In this document: positions 19,461 through 29,758 of the stretch, in pieces | Numbering within the stretch: the stretch's first letter is position 1 | Layout: the number at the start of each line of letters is the position of its first letter | DNA from: Candidatus Binataceae bacterium | Lineage (GTDB): Bacteria; Desulfobacterota; Binatia; Binatales; Binataceae | Direction: 5' to 3' | Assembly (NCBI GenBank): GCA_015478645.1 | Contig: JADMIL010000009.1 | Coordinates: 4,574-68,573, forward strand | Length of the DNA stretch: 64,000 nucleotides | Made by a program: the position numbers and the translations under genes | The notes under the pieces: model-generated | The model's input: only the letters and a program-made list of their open reading frames with translations | The model's database searches: none | What the model was told of the DNA's origin: nothing

Positions 19461-20570
19461 GTGAAAGCGATCATTATAGGCGGCGGAATTATCGGCAGTT
19501 CGATTGCCTGGCGGCTGGCCCGCGAAGGCGTCGCGGCTATCGTGCTCGAGCGCGCCCGGATTGGGCAGGAGGCCTCGTGGGCCGCCGCCGGGATGATCGC
19601 GCCGCAGGCCGAAGCGCAGGGCTCGGGCCTGTTCTTCGACCTGTGCCTGGCGGCGCGCCGCAGCTTCGACGCGTCGATCGATCGCCTGATCGCGGAATCC
19701 GGCGTCGATCCCGAATACGATCCGCACGGCATCCTCTACCTCGCGCTCGACGCCGCCGAGCAGGCGGAACTGCAAGGCCGCGCCCGCTGGCATCGCGAGG
19801 CCGGCGCGCTGGTCGAGGAGCTGACGCCGGCGGCGGCGCGCAAGGTCGAGCCGGCGATCTCGCCGGATACGGTTTACGCGCTGCATCTGGCCGACAATCG
19901 CCGGGTCGACAATCGCAAGCTCACTCACGCCTACGCCGCCGCCGCGATTAAGGCCGGCGCCGATTTCCGCGAGGGCGTGCGCGTCGATTCGATCGTCGCC
20001 GCCAACGGCAGAGCGACCGGGGTGCTGATCCACGACGGCGCGATCCTCGAGGCCGACCTGATCGTGGTCGCCGCGGGGGCGTGGTCGCATGAGCTTCGCG
20101 GGCTGGAGGCTGACCGCGTCAAGCTGCATCCGGTACGCGGGCAGATGGTCTGTTTCGAGGCACGTCCGCAGCTGATCGCGCCGGCCATTTTCTCGATGCG
20201 TGGCTACCTGGTGCCGCGGCGCGACGGGCGGATCCTGTCCGGTTCGACGATGGAAGAGGCGGGCTACAACAAGTCCGTCACGCTGGCCGGCCTCGACAAG
20301 ATCGCGCGCGGCGCGCTCGCGATGGTGCCGGGTCTCGGCGAATTGCCGCTGCGCGAGGCTTGGGCGGGCCTGCGTCCGGCCACCCGCGATCTGCTGCCGG
20401 TGCTGGGCGCGTCGCCCTCGGTCGCCGGCGTAATCTGGGCGACCGGCCATTTCCGCAGCGGGATATTGCTCTCGATGCTGACCGGCGAAGTGATCGCCGA
20501 CGTCGCGATGGGGCGGCGTCCGGCGATCGATCTTGCGCCCTTTTCCGCCGCGCGCTTTGCCAATCAATGA
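19461..20570 (+). CDS. FAD-dependent oxidoreductase, glycine oxidase ThiO-like (GTG start)
   Basis: 369 aa. Dinucleotide-binding motif IIIGGGIIGSSIAWRLAREG. DAO-family length and C-terminal HFRSGILL motif. No other thi genes are nearby. Confidence 0.7.
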   Translation: MKAIIIGGGIIGSSIAWRLAREGVAAIVLERARIGQEASWAAAGMIAPQAEAQGSGLFFDLCLAARRSFDASIDRLIAESGVDPEYDPHGILYLALDAAEQAELQGRARWHREAGALVEELTPAAARKVEPAISPDTVYALHLADNRRVDNRKLTHAYAAAAIKAGADFREGVRVDSIVAANGRATGVLIHDGAILEADLIVVAAGAWSHELRGLEADRVKLHPVRGQMVCFEARPQLIAPAIFSMRGYLVPRRDGRILSGSTMEEAGYNKSVTLAGLDKIARGALAMVPGLGELPLREAWAGLRPATRDLLPVLGASPSVAGVIWATGHFRSGILLSMLTGEVIADVAMGRRPAIDLAPFSAARFANQ

Positions 20571-20591
20571 GCCCTTGGCCGGGACCGCTAT

Positions 20592-20978
20592 GTGGCGCCT
20601 GAACGCGCTGCCGGGATGACTACCATGACGCCAATCAAAGTTCTCGCCCTGGTGCGCGACCTGCTGCTGCGCTCGCGGATCGAAGCGGTCGCCGCGACGC
20701 TCGGCGCCGAAATGGCGACGGCCGCATCGCTCGACCAGGCCACCGCGCGCGCCGCCGCGGTCGCCCCGGCGATCGTCTTCGCCGATCTCTCCGACGCGAA
20801 CTTTCCCGCCGTCGCCACGGCGCGCGACCTGCGGGCGGCGGCGCCCGGCGCGCGGCTGGTCGGCTTCGCCTCGCACGTCGACCTGAAATCGCTGGCCGCC
20901 GCGCGCGCGGCCGGCTTCGACCTGACGCTCTCGCGCAGCGAATTCACCGCGCGCCTGCCCGAGCTGCTCAAACCCTGA
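20592..20978 (+). CDS. Hypothetical protein with degenerate CheY-like receiver features (start may be 20616)
   Basis: 128 aa. The beta-alpha alternation (KVLALVRD...AIVFADLSD...RLVGFASH) resembles a receiver domain but lacks the canonical DD pair and the Lys-Pro. Confidence 0.35.
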   Translation: MAPERAAGMTTMTPIKVLALVRDLLLRSRIEAVAATLGAEMATAASLDQATARAAAVAPAIVFADLSDANFPAVATARDLRAAAPGARLVGFASHVDLKSLAAARAAGFDLTLSRSEFTARLPELLKP

Positions 20979-21113
20979 AAGCGGATGCGCGGCCTGCGCC
21001 GTGGCATATCATTCTACGCTGGCACGCACGCGCGTCTTTCCGCTCCGTCGCGGCTCTGGCCGTGCTAGGATACGCGGGGCCGCGGCGCTCGTCCGCGGCC
21101 CGCGGCGGCGAAT

Positions 21114-24100
21114 GTGAAACCGGTCACTTCATCAGGTACCGACGGCATCCTGGACGCGTTCCATCCCGCGGTCCGCGAATGGTTCCGGCGGCGCTTCGCC
21201 GCGCCGTCGCGCGCGCAGCAACTCGGCTGGCCGGTAATCGCCGGCGCGCTTAAGCCGCCCGGCCACGACGTCCTGCTGTGCGCGCCGACCGGCAGCGGCA
21301 AGACGCTGGCCGCCTTCATGTGGGCGATCGATCGGCTGATCACCCAGGCGGCGGCCGGCCCGCTGGCCGACGAAGTCGCGGTGCTCTACGTCTCGCCGCT
21401 TAAGGCGCTGGCCAACGATATCCGCCTCAACCTCGAAGAGCCGCTCATCGGGGTGCGCGAAGTCGCCGGCGCAATGGGCCTCGAGCTCGCGCCGGTGCGC
21501 GCCGGCCTGCGCACCGGCGACACGCCGGTCGCCGAGCGTGCGGCGATGCTCCGGCGGCCGCCGCAAATTCTCGTCACGACGCCGGAATCGCTCTTCATCC
21601 TGCTGACCTCGCCACGCTTTCGCGCCAAGCTGCGTGCCGTCCGCTACGTAATCGTGGACGAACTCCACGCGGTCGCCGGCGACAAGCGCGGCGCGCATCT
21701 GGCGCTCACGCTCGAGCGGCTCGAGCGCATGGTCCGGCGGGCCGGCGCGCCGCGCCCGGTGCGCATCGGGCTCTCGGCCACGCTCAATCCGATCGCGGCG
21801 CTGGCGGCCTTTCTGGCCGGCGCCGAGGTCGCCGCCGACGGCACGCGCACGCCGCGCCCGGTGCGCATCGTCCGCGCCGACGACCTGCCGCGCGCGCTTG
21901 ACCTCAAGGTTATTGCGCCCGGCCCCGACCTTGGCGCGCTCGCGACGCATCGGCATTGGGACGCGATGTACGACGCGATCGCCGAGCTGATTCGCGCGCA
22001 TCGTACGACGCTGGTCTTCACGCTGAGCCGGCGCTGGGCGGAGCGGGTCGCGCTCGCCCTGCAAAAGCGCGTCGGCGCCGACGCCGTGATGGCGCATCAT
22101 GGCAGTCTGGCCCGCGCCGAGCGGTTGGTCGCCGAGCAGCGGCTCAAGCGCGGCGATCTCAAGGCGATCGTCGCCACCGCGTCGCTCGAACTCGGCATCG
22201 ACGTTGGCGCGGTCGACCTGGTATGCCAGATCGACTCGCCCAAATCGATTTCCGCGGCGATCCAGCGCGTCGGCCGTTCGGGCCATAGCCTTGGTGCGAC
22301 GCCCAAGGGGCGGCTGTTCGCGCTCACCGTCGACGATCTGCTCGAATGCGCCGCGGCGGTGCGCGCGATCCGCGCCGGCCATCTCGACGAAGTCGAAGTG
22401 CCGCTCGGCTGCCTCGACGTCGCCGCCCAACAAATTGTCGCGATTACTGCCGAAGAGGAGGATATCGCCGAGCACGATCTGCTGGCTCTGCTGCGCTCCT
22501 CGTGCAATTACGGCGCGCTCGGCGCGGCCGAACTGCGCATCCTGCTGGAACAGATGGCGGCGCCGCTGGCCGATCGGATTCAGGGCGCCGCGCCCAAGAT
22601 TTTCCACGATCGCGCGGCCCGCCGCGTCCGCCCGCGCCGCGGCGCGCGGCTCGCCGCGATCACCTCGGGCGGGACCATTCCGGAAAGCGGCAACTACGAC
22701 GTGGTGATCGCGTCGGCCGGCCGCAAAATCGGCGACGTCGAGGAGGATTTCGCGCAGGAGTCGGCGCGCGGCGACGTCTTTTCGCTCGGCTCGATGCCAT
22801 GGAAGATTCTCGGCATCGCGAAGAACCGCCTGATGGTCGAGCCGGCCCCCGGCATGGCGCCCACGCTGCCGTTCTGGCAGACCGAAGCGGCGGGGCGCTC
22901 GCCCGCGCTCTCGGCCGAGGTTTCGGATCTGCGCGAGCGGGTGGCGGCGATGCTGCTTGCGGCCGGCCGGCGCGTGGCGAGCAACGGCGCCGGTGATGGC
23001 GCCGCGAAGGAGCGCGCGGCGAGGTCGGCGGCCAAATGGCTGGCCGACGAGTGCGCGATGGACGAGGGCGCCGCCGCGCAGGCGGTCGCGTGGATCGCGC
23101 GCGGGCTCGCCGCGCTCGGCGTGGTCCCCGGCCCGCGCACCATCGTGGTCGAGCGCTTCTTCGACGGCCTGGGCGGCACCCAGATCGTCATCCACTCGCC
23201 CTTTGGGATGCGCGTCAACCGCGGCCTCGGACTCGCGCTGCGCAAGCGCCTGTGCCAATCGTTCGATTTTGAAATCCAGGCTTCGGCGATCGACGACGCC
23301 GTGCTGCTCGCGCTCAACTCGCGTCACAGCTTTGCGCTCGAACAGGTCATGGCGATGCTCCCCGCGCGCACCGCCCGCGCGACGCTGGTGCAGGCGCTGC
23401 TCGACGCGCCGATGTTCGAGGTGCGCTTTCGCCACGTCGCGACGCGCGCGCTCGCGGTGATGCGCGCGATGGGCGGCCGGCGCGTGCCGGCCTGGATTCA
23501 GCGGCTGCGCACGCAGGACCTGATCACCGCGCTCTTTCCGCGCCGCAACGCCTGCTTCGAGAATCGGCCGCCGGCCATCGAGATCCCCGGCCATTTCGTG
23601 GTCGGCGAAACGGTCCGCGAATGCCTCGAGGAGTCGACCGACGCGACGCGCATGGTCGCGCTGCTCGAGGGCTTCGAGAGCGGCGCGGTGCGCGCGGTCT
23701 ATGTCGATAACGTCGCGCCGTCGGTCTTCGCGCAACGGATCCTGCTGGCCTGGGACTACTCGTTTCTCGACGACGGTGAACGCGCCAATCGCCGCAGCCG
23801 TTCGGTCACGATGAACCGTGAGATGGCCGCCGAGGTGCTGCGCGAGGAAGACCTGAGCGCGATGCTCTCGGCCGACGCGGTCGAGCGGGTGGCGGCCGAA
23901 CTCGGCGGGGGCATCCCCGGGTCGCAGCCGCGCACCGGCGACGAACTCTATGAATTGATCTACGCTCACGGCGCGATCGAGGTCGCGGCGATCGCGCGGC
24001 GCGCGGGCGCCCAGGCCGATGCGCTTGCCGGGCGGCTGGAACGGGAGGGACGGATCGTCCGCGCCCGCGTAGCCCCGGCGATGCCCGAAGTCTATATCGC

Positions 24101-25880
24101 GGCGGAGGACCGCGGGCGGTATGCCGCCGCCTATCCCGACGCGCGCTTCGCGCAATCGATCATGCCGTTTGTCCAAGGCACGCAAGCGTCCGCTTCGGAG
24201 GGCGCGCGAGCGCCTGATTTGGACGATGCGCCGGCGCCCGACGCGGATGCGGCGCGTCACGAGATCGTGCGGCGGGCGCTAGCCACCTCGATTCCCGCGA
24301 GCGCTCGCGAATTTGCCGCGCGGCTGGCGCTGCCGACGGCGGTCGTCGAGCGGATTCTGGCCGCGCTCGAAGGGCAGGGCACCGTCTTTCGTGGCTATTT
24401 CACCACGCCTCGTCCGTCCGCTCTTGGAAATCTGCACGATGTGGCGCAAGGCCCTGGCCAGGACGCATCGGACGCGCTTGAGATTCGCGGCGCGGCGGCC
24501 GGCACGGCCGAGCAATGGTGCGATCGCTATGTGCTCGAGCGGATCCATCGGCAGACCCTGGCGCGGCTGCGCGCCGAAATCGCGCCGGTCGACGATCGCG
24601 AATTTGCCGCGTTTCGTCTGAAGTGGCTCAACGTCGGAGCCGGACTCGCGCCAAATCGCGAGAGCGTCGAATTGATCGTCGAGCAATTGGCCGGACTCGC
24701 CTTCACGCCGGAGTTCTGGGAGCGTGCAATTTTGCCCGCGCGCATCCCGGGCTATCGTCCCGAGGACCTCGATCTGCTCTGCCTGAGCGGCGATCTGCGC
24801 TGGATCGCCTCGCCGGAGAGCGTTGATGGCGCCAATGCAACTGCCGAATTTCCCGGACGTGTTGCGTTTATGCCACGGCGCGCGCGCCTCGCGATCGCAT
24901 CCCCGCCGGCGCCCGATCGGGATCCTGGCGCGCACGCGGTTTACGGCGCGTTGCGGACGCGCGGCGCCCAGTACCTCGACGAGATTGCCGAACGTGCCGG
25001 GCTCTCCGAGCGCGACACGCTGGCGGCGCTCTGGCGGCTGGCCGCCGCCGGACTCGCCTCCAACGACAGCTTCGCGCCGCTGCGGCTGCTCGCGTCCGAC
25101 CACGATGCTTCGCGCGCCGTCATCAGCGTGCCCGGCGCGAGACCGGCGAACCGTCACGACGCGGCCTTGCGGGCGCGCCTGAAATCGAGCCTGAGCGGAC
25201 GCTGGTCGGCGCTCGGCGGGGAGTCTCCGGCGGTCGCGAGCGACACGGCGGGATTCGATGAGACGCGCGAGCGGGCGCTCGCGTTGCTCGCCCGCAATGG
25301 TGTGCTGACGCGCGAGATGCTCACGCTCGAGTCGCAGCCGATCGCCTGGTCCGACCTGGTCTTCGCGCTGCGGCGGATGGAGTATGGCGGCACAATTCGG
25401 CGCGGCTATTTCGTTCGTGCGCTGGCGGGCGAGCAATACGCCTTGCCCGAGGCGCTCGAGATGCTTCGGGCGGGGCGTGTGCGCAATGGCGGCGGCGAGC
25501 GCGCGGTCGCGATCAGCGCGGCCGATCCGGCCAATCCCTACGGCGCGCTTCTGCCGGCGTGCGGGGTGGCGCGCGAGGCGGGAAATCTGCTCGTCATGCA
25601 GGGCGGCCGGATGATCCTGGGACTCGCCGGCCGCGCGCTGGTCGGCGGCGGCGCGCTCGACGATGCGGCCTTCGCGGCGGCGCTCGGCGCGCTGATCGCA
25701 TTGCGCCCCAAACTCTATATCGAGACGATCGCGGAGCGGCCCGCGCTGGAGTCGGATCGGGTGGTGGCGATGGCCGCGATGGGATTCCATTCCGACGGCC
25801 GCGCGCTGGTCTATGACGGCCTGCCGGGTCCGGTCCCGGCTCGCGCGATCCGTGCGCCGCAGACCGCGATGCCGTCATGA
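21114..25880 (+). CDS. lhr: Lhr-family large ATP-dependent helicase (GTG start)
   Basis: 1588 aa. Motif I CAPTGSGKT, motif II VIVDELH, motif VI QRVGRSGH. The long C-terminal extension is typical of Lhr. Confidence 0.88.
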   Translation: MKPVTSSGTDGILDAFHPAVREWFRRRFAAPSRAQQLGWPVIAGALKPPGHDVLLCAPTGSGKTLAAFMWAIDRLITQAAAGPLADEVAVLYVSPLKALANDIRLNLEEPLIGVREVAGAMGLELAPVRAGLRTGDTPVAERAAMLRRPPQILVTTPESLFILLTSPRFRAKLRAVRYVIVDELHAVAGDKRGAHLALTLERLERMVRRAGAPRPVRIGLSATLNPIAALAAFLAGAEVAADGTRTPRPVRIVRADDLPRALDLKVIAPGPDLGALATHRHWDAMYDAIAELIRAHRTTLVFTLSRRWAERVALALQKRVGADAVMAHHGSLARAERLVAEQRLKRGDLKAIVATASLELGIDVGAVDLVCQIDSPKSISAAIQRVGRSGHSLGATPKGRLFALTVDDLLECAAAVRAIRAGHLDEVEVPLGCLDVAAQQIVAITAEEEDIAEHDLLALLRSSCNYGALGAAELRILLEQMAAPLADRIQGAAPKIFHDRAARRVRPRRGARLAAITSGGTIPESGNYDVVIASAGRKIGDVEEDFAQESARGDVFSLGSMPWKILGIAKNRLMVEPAPGMAPTLPFWQTEAAGRSPALSAEVSDLRERVAAMLLAAGRRVASNGAGDGAAKERAARSAAKWLADECAMDEGAAAQAVAWIARGLAALGVVPGPRTIVVERFFDGLGGTQIVIHSPFGMRVNRGLGLALRKRLCQSFDFEIQASAIDDAVLLALNSRHSFALEQVMAMLPARTARATLVQALLDAPMFEVRFRHVATRALAVMRAMGGRRVPAWIQRLRTQDLITALFPRRNACFENRPPAIEIPGHFVVGETVRECLEESTDATRMVALLEGFESGAVRAVYVDNVAPSVFAQRILLAWDYSFLDDGERANRRSRSVTMNREMAAEVLREEDLSAMLSADAVERVAAELGGGIPGSQPRTGDELYELIYAHGAIEVAAIARRAGAQADALAGRLEREGRIVRARVAPAMPEVYIAAEDRGRYAAAYPDARFAQSIMPFVQGTQASASEGARAPDLDDAPAPDADAARHEIVRRALATSIPASAREFAARLALPTAVVERILAALEGQGTVFRGYFTTPRPSALGNLHDVAQGPGQDASDALEIRGAAAGTAEQWCDRYVLERIHRQTLARLRAEIAPVDDREFAAFRLKWLNVGAGLAPNRESVELIVEQLAGLAFTPEFWERAILPARIPGYRPEDLDLLCLSGDLRWIASPESVDGANATAEFPGRVAFMPRRARLAIASPPAPDRDPGAHAVYGALRTRGAQYLDEIAERAGLSERDTLAALWRLAAAGLASNDSFAPLRLLASDHDASRAVISVPGARPANRHDAALRARLKSSLSGRWSALGGESPAVASDTAGFDETRERALALLARNGVLTREMLTLESQPIAWSDLVFALRRMEYGGTIRRGYFVRALAGEQYALPEALEMLRAGRVRNGGGERAVAISAADPANPYGALLPACGVAREAGNLLVMQGGRMILGLAGRALVGGGALDDAAFAAALGALIALRPKLYIETIAERPALESDRVVAMAAMGFHSDGRALVYDGLPGPVPARAIRAPQTAMPS

Positions 25881-26083
25881 AGCGCGCCGCTTAAGCCTGA
25901 GTCCGGCGGCGTATGAACGGCCGCGCCACGGCGCCAATCACCGCCGAGGCCTTAAGCGGCAGCCCTTAAGTGGCAGCGGATGTTGCGCAGAAATTTCGTC
26001 GCCAGGCCCCAGTAGCCCTCGGGATCGATCGCGACTTCGGGTGCGCATCCGGTATCGACAGAACGAGACCCTTGGGATGTTCG

Positions 26084-26482
26084 ATGGCGCTATGCTCGTT
26101 CGCGATGGACACGCGCGGGATGGATAGCGGCGGCGATTTTGCGCGCGGCCTCGAACTGTTCAATGGCGGACAGTTCTTCGCCTGCCATGAGGTGTGGGAG
26201 GCGAGCTGGAAGCGCAGCGACGGGCTCGATCGGCAATTCGTCCAGGGCTTGATTCAGGCGGCTGCGGCGATTCTGCACGTCGAGCGCGGCAATCTGAACG
26301 GCGCCGCCTCGACCTGGCGCAAGGCCTGCGCGCGGCTCGACCCGCTGGCCGACGACTATGGCGCAATCGCGCTGGGCGACCTGCGCGCGGCGCTGGCGCG
26401 ATTCTTTGCGATCGCGCTTGGCGGCGGCGTCCTGCCGCCGCGTCCGCAAATCCGCCGGCTCGCCCCGCGATCGGATTTGTAA
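26084..26482 (+). CDS. DUF309 domain protein (start uncertain, 26084-26120)
   Basis: FARGLELFNGGQFFACHEVWEASWKR...QGLIQAAAAILHVERGN matches the DUF309 helical-pair signature as I remember it. Confidence 0.6.
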   Translation: MALCSFAMDTRGMDSGGDFARGLELFNGGQFFACHEVWEASWKRSDGLDRQFVQGLIQAAAAILHVERGNLNGAASTWRKACARLDPLADDYGAIALGDLRAALARFFAIALGGGVLPPRPQIRRLAPRSDL

Positions 26483-26542
26483 GTTGCGCGCGAAGCCGTC
26501 ATAAGCACGGATAACCGGATTCAGGATTTCAGGAGGTCGCAC

Positions 26543-27304
26543 ATGGCAGGACGAGTCGCAGGCAAGGTCGCATTGATCACCGGAGGCAGCTCGGGAATCG
26601 GACAAGCGGCGGCAATGCTGTTCGGGCGCGAAGGCGCCAAGGTGATGGTCGCCGATTACAACGCCGAGGGCGGCGAGCGTACGGCCAAGGCGATTCGCGA
26701 GGCCGGTGGCGTGGCCGCCTTTCACGCCGCCGACGTCTCGCTTCCGCATGACGTCGAGGCGCTCATCGCCAAGGTCGTTGAGACCTACGGACGGATCGAT
26801 TGCGCGTTCAACAACGCGGGTATCGAAGGCCAGATGGCGAATACCGCCGAATGCACGATCGAGAACTGGAACCGCGTGATCGCGATCGATCTGACCAGCG
26901 TCTTCCTGTGCATGAAGTACGAGCTGGCCCAGATGGTCAAGACGGGCGGCGGTAGTATCGTCAACACCGCCTCGGTCGCCGGGCTGCTGGGCCTCGCCAG
27001 TGCGCCCGCCTACGTCGCCGCCAAGCATGGCGTGGCCGGGCTGACCAAGACCGCGGCGCTCGAATTTGCCCAAAAGGGGATTCGCGTAAACGCGGTCTGC
27101 CCAGGCTTTATCCGCACGCCGATGGTCGAGCGGGTGCTCGATCGCGGGGTTTTCAGCGAGGAGCAGATCTTCGCCGCCGAGCCGATGCATCGCATGGGCA
27201 AGCCCGAGGAGATCGCGGAGTCGGTGCTGTGGCTGTGCTCGGACGCCTCGTCGTTTGTGACCGGGCTGCCGATGCCGGTGGATGGCGGATACGCCGCGCA
27301 ATAG
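26543..27304 (+). CDS. Short-chain dehydrogenase/reductase (classical SDR)
   Basis: 253 aa. TGGSSGIG cofactor motif, NNAG, catalytic YVAAKHG. Confidence 0.9.
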   Translation: MAGRVAGKVALITGGSSGIGQAAAMLFGREGAKVMVADYNAEGGERTAKAIREAGGVAAFHAADVSLPHDVEALIAKVVETYGRIDCAFNNAGIEGQMANTAECTIENWNRVIAIDLTSVFLCMKYELAQMVKTGGGSIVNTASVAGLLGLASAPAYVAAKHGVAGLTKTAALEFAQKGIRVNAVCPGFIRTPMVERVLDRGVFSEEQIFAAEPMHRMGKPEEIAESVLWLCSDASSFVTGLPMPVDGGYAAQ

Positions 27305-27413
27305 CGCTGCGACGCGAGCGGGCGCGGTGTGCGGCGGTCAGGCGGCGCGAGCGAGTTGATCTTCGCGCCGACTAAAGGACTAACAGGATCGCGAGCGGAT
27401 TAAGCGGCGTGGA

Positions 27414-27845
27414 CTAAAAGGGGATGTCCTCGTCGTCCATCGGGGCGCCGCCGCCACCACCACCGGGCGACATCTCGATCGGATCGTCCATCGTGCCGCC
27501 CGCGCCGGCTCCGGCGCGTCCGCCGAGGAACTGGACGCGCTGGGCGATGATCTCGGTGCGATAGCGCTTGCCGCTGCCGTCCTTGGCCTCGTACTGCTGA
27601 TTCGAGATGCGCCCCTCGATGTACGCCTGGCGGCCTTTCTTGAGGTACTGGCCGCACAATTCGGCCTGTTTGCCCCAGACCACGATGTTGTGCCACTCGG
27701 TGCGCTCCTGGCGCGCCCCGGCGCGATCGTTAAACGAGTCGCTGGTCGCGAGCGTGAACTTGGCCACGGTCTGTCCCGACGGGAGGTAGCGCAATTCGGG
27801 GTCGCGTCCAAGATTACCAACCAGAATCACCTTATTGACCGACAT
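27414..27845 (-). CDS. ssb: Single-stranded DNA-binding protein
   Basis: 143 aa from [34 protein letters not shown]...[10 protein letters not shown]. Gly-rich linker and acidic tail DDEDIPF. The 674-aa track ORF is an upstream artefact. Confidence 0.95.
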   Translation of the reverse strand: MSVNKVILVGNLGRDPELRYLPSGQTVAKFTLATSDSFNDRAGARQERTEWHNIVVWGKQAELCGQYLKKGRQAYIEGRISNQQYEAKDGSGKRYRTEIIAQRVQFLGGRAGAGAGGTMDDPIEMSPGGGGGGAPMDDEDIPF

Positions 27846-28055
27846 CGTGTGCCACCTCTTGAGAGAAAAGCTAAACCCCATAATACCGCAACGCAAGTCG
27901 CGATGCGGTGCGGTTGTGCACAAGTGCCGCGAATCGCTGGTGACGGCCGGGCGATCTGTTGACCGCCGACGGCGCCGGCCGGCGGAGCCTTTCGCATCGG
28001 GCGGCGGCTTTATATACTTCCAGCGTCTGCGCGCGGCGGTGGCTGAGAGGGGCTG

Positions 28056-29717
28056 ATGGCGGCAATCAAACCTGTAGCGGTAAAAATTGTGCCATTGGGC
28101 GGCCTCGGCGAGATCGGGCTCAACCTGATGGTGATCGAATGCGCCGGCAGCGCCCTGATAATTGACGCCGGCGTGATGTTTGCCGAGGAGCGCGAACTGG
28201 GCGGCGGCCTGCTGCTGCCCGACCTTGCGTATCTCGAGCAGAGCCGCCTCAAAATCGAGGGCATCATCCTGACCCATGCGCACGAGGATCATCTCGGCGC
28301 GCTGCCGTATCTGTTGCGGAGCTGGCCCGCGCCGGTATTCGGAACTGAAGTAACACTTGCATTTGCGCGCCGCGGGCTGGCCGAAGACGGTCTGGCCGGG
28401 GCCGATTTGCGCAAGTTTGCGCCCGGCCACGAATTGGAGCTGGGACCGTTTCGGGTCGAGCCGGTGCGCGTGACCCATTCGACGCCCGATTCGGTCGCGC
28501 TCGCGATTCGCACGCCGGCCGGCCTGATCGTGCATTCGGGCGACTTCAAGATCGATCCGTCGCCGGTTGACGGGCAGCTTTTCGACACCGATCGCTTTGC
28601 CCGCCTGGGCGAGGAAGGGGTGACGCTCCTGCTGTCGGATTCGACCAACGTCGAGCGTCCGGGGCGCAGCGGCTCCGAGAGTTCGCTCAAGCCGGTGATC
28701 AAGGATCTGATCGCGCGCACGCGCGGCCGCTTTTTCCTGTCGTCGTTTTCCTCGCATCTCCATCGTATCCGCCAGCTCGCCGAAGCCGCCCATGAGGCCG
28801 GGCGTTACGTCGTGCCGCTGGGGCGGCGGATGGCGCAGAGCGTGCGCCTGGGGATCGAGACCGGGCAGCTCGAGCTGCCGCCCGGCACCTTTATCGAGCA
28901 GGCCGAGGCCGATTTCCTCGAGCCGCGGCGGCTGGCGTTTCTGGCCAGCGGCAGCCAGGGCGAGCCGCTCTCGGCGCTGGCCAAGCTCGCCGTCGATGGC
29001 CATCCGCGAGTGCGCATCGCGGCGGACGATGCGGTGGTGCTCTCGTCGCGTTTCATTCCGGGCAACGAGCGCACGATCAATACGCTGGTCAATCATCTGT
29101 GCAAGCGCGGCGCCGAGGTCTATTACGACGCGGTCGCGCCGGTCCACGTCTCGGGCCATGCCTGCCGCGACGAATTGGCCGAACTGATCCGGCTGGTGCG
29201 GCCGAAGCATTTCATTCCGATCCACGGCGAATACCGGCATCTGACGGGCCATCGCAAACTGGCGATCGCGGCCGGCGTCACGGAGCGCAATTGTTTCCTG
29301 CTCGAGAATGGCGAGACCCTGGTGCTCGAAGATGGAGCTGCGCGGCGCGGGCGGACGGCGCCGGCCGGGCGGATCGTCGCCGACGGCGAAGATCTGGGCG
29401 GGCCGGAACTGATGCGTGAGCGGCGCACGCTGGCGCATGACGGCACGGTGATCGCAATCGTCGCAATCTCGGCGCGCGACGGCAAAATCGTCGCGGGACC
29501 GGACCTGCTCTCGCGCGGCGTTGTCAGCGGCGACGGCAGCTCACCCCATCTGACCCGCGCGCGCACCGAACTCGCGCTGCGCATCCGCGGACTCAACGGC
29601 TTCGTGCGCGACGATCCGGAGCGGCTCAAGGAGGAGATGGTGCGGATGCTGCGCCGGTACTTCTCCGACGCGATTCGCAAGCGCCCGATGATCGTGCCCT
29701 ACGTCGTGGAGGTCTGA
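28056..29717 (+). CDS. rnj: Ribonuclease J (metallo-beta-lactamase / beta-CASP)
   Basis: 553 aa. [26 protein letters not shown], and the [11 protein letters not shown] motif. Confidence 0.92.
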   Translation: MAAIKPVAVKIVPLGGLGEIGLNLMVIECAGSALIIDAGVMFAEERELGGGLLLPDLAYLEQSRLKIEGIILTHAHEDHLGALPYLLRSWPAPVFGTEVTLAFARRGLAEDGLAGADLRKFAPGHELELGPFRVEPVRVTHSTPDSVALAIRTPAGLIVHSGDFKIDPSPVDGQLFDTDRFARLGEEGVTLLLSDSTNVERPGRSGSESSLKPVIKDLIARTRGRFFLSSFSSHLHRIRQLAEAAHEAGRYVVPLGRRMAQSVRLGIETGQLELPPGTFIEQAEADFLEPRRLAFLASGSQGEPLSALAKLAVDGHPRVRIAADDAVVLSSRFIPGNERTINTLVNHLCKRGAEVYYDAVAPVHVSGHACRDELAELIRLVRPKHFIPIHGEYRHLTGHRKLAIAAGVTERNCFLLENGETLVLEDGAARRGRTAPAGRIVADGEDLGGPELMRERRTLAHDGTVIAIVAISARDGKIVAGPDLLSRGVVSGDGSSPHLTRARTELALRIRGLNGFVRDDPERLKEEMVRMLRRYFSDAIRKRPMIVPYVVEV

Positions 29718-29758
29718 GCGCTATCGCGCGCCAACCGAAAGCGCCGCCAATCGAATTG

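Noticed and set aside
18159-20876. A 905-aa minus-strand ORF spanning the PLP enzyme and running antisense through the ThiO-like gene.
   Set aside because: Only the last 386 aa (from MEKIMRG at 19319) look like a real protein. The upstream 519 aa are Arg/Gly/Ala-rich GC-frame noise lying opposite a well-supported plus-strand gene.
21132-24260. A 1042-aa ORF antisense to lhr. Similar long antisense ORFs occur at 10904..12436, 14644..16638, 30125..31819, 32563..34401, 37331..38773, 43878..45629 and 60505..61788.
   Set aside because: These are typical stop-codon-poor shadow frames of high-GC coding DNA. Their translations are Arg/Ala/Gly/Pro-rich with no motifs, and each lies opposite a gene with clear family signatures.
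27414-29438. A 674-aa ORF containing ssb at its C-terminus.
   Set aside because: SSB begins at MSVNKV (27845). The upstream part is antisense to rnj and has no protein-like features.
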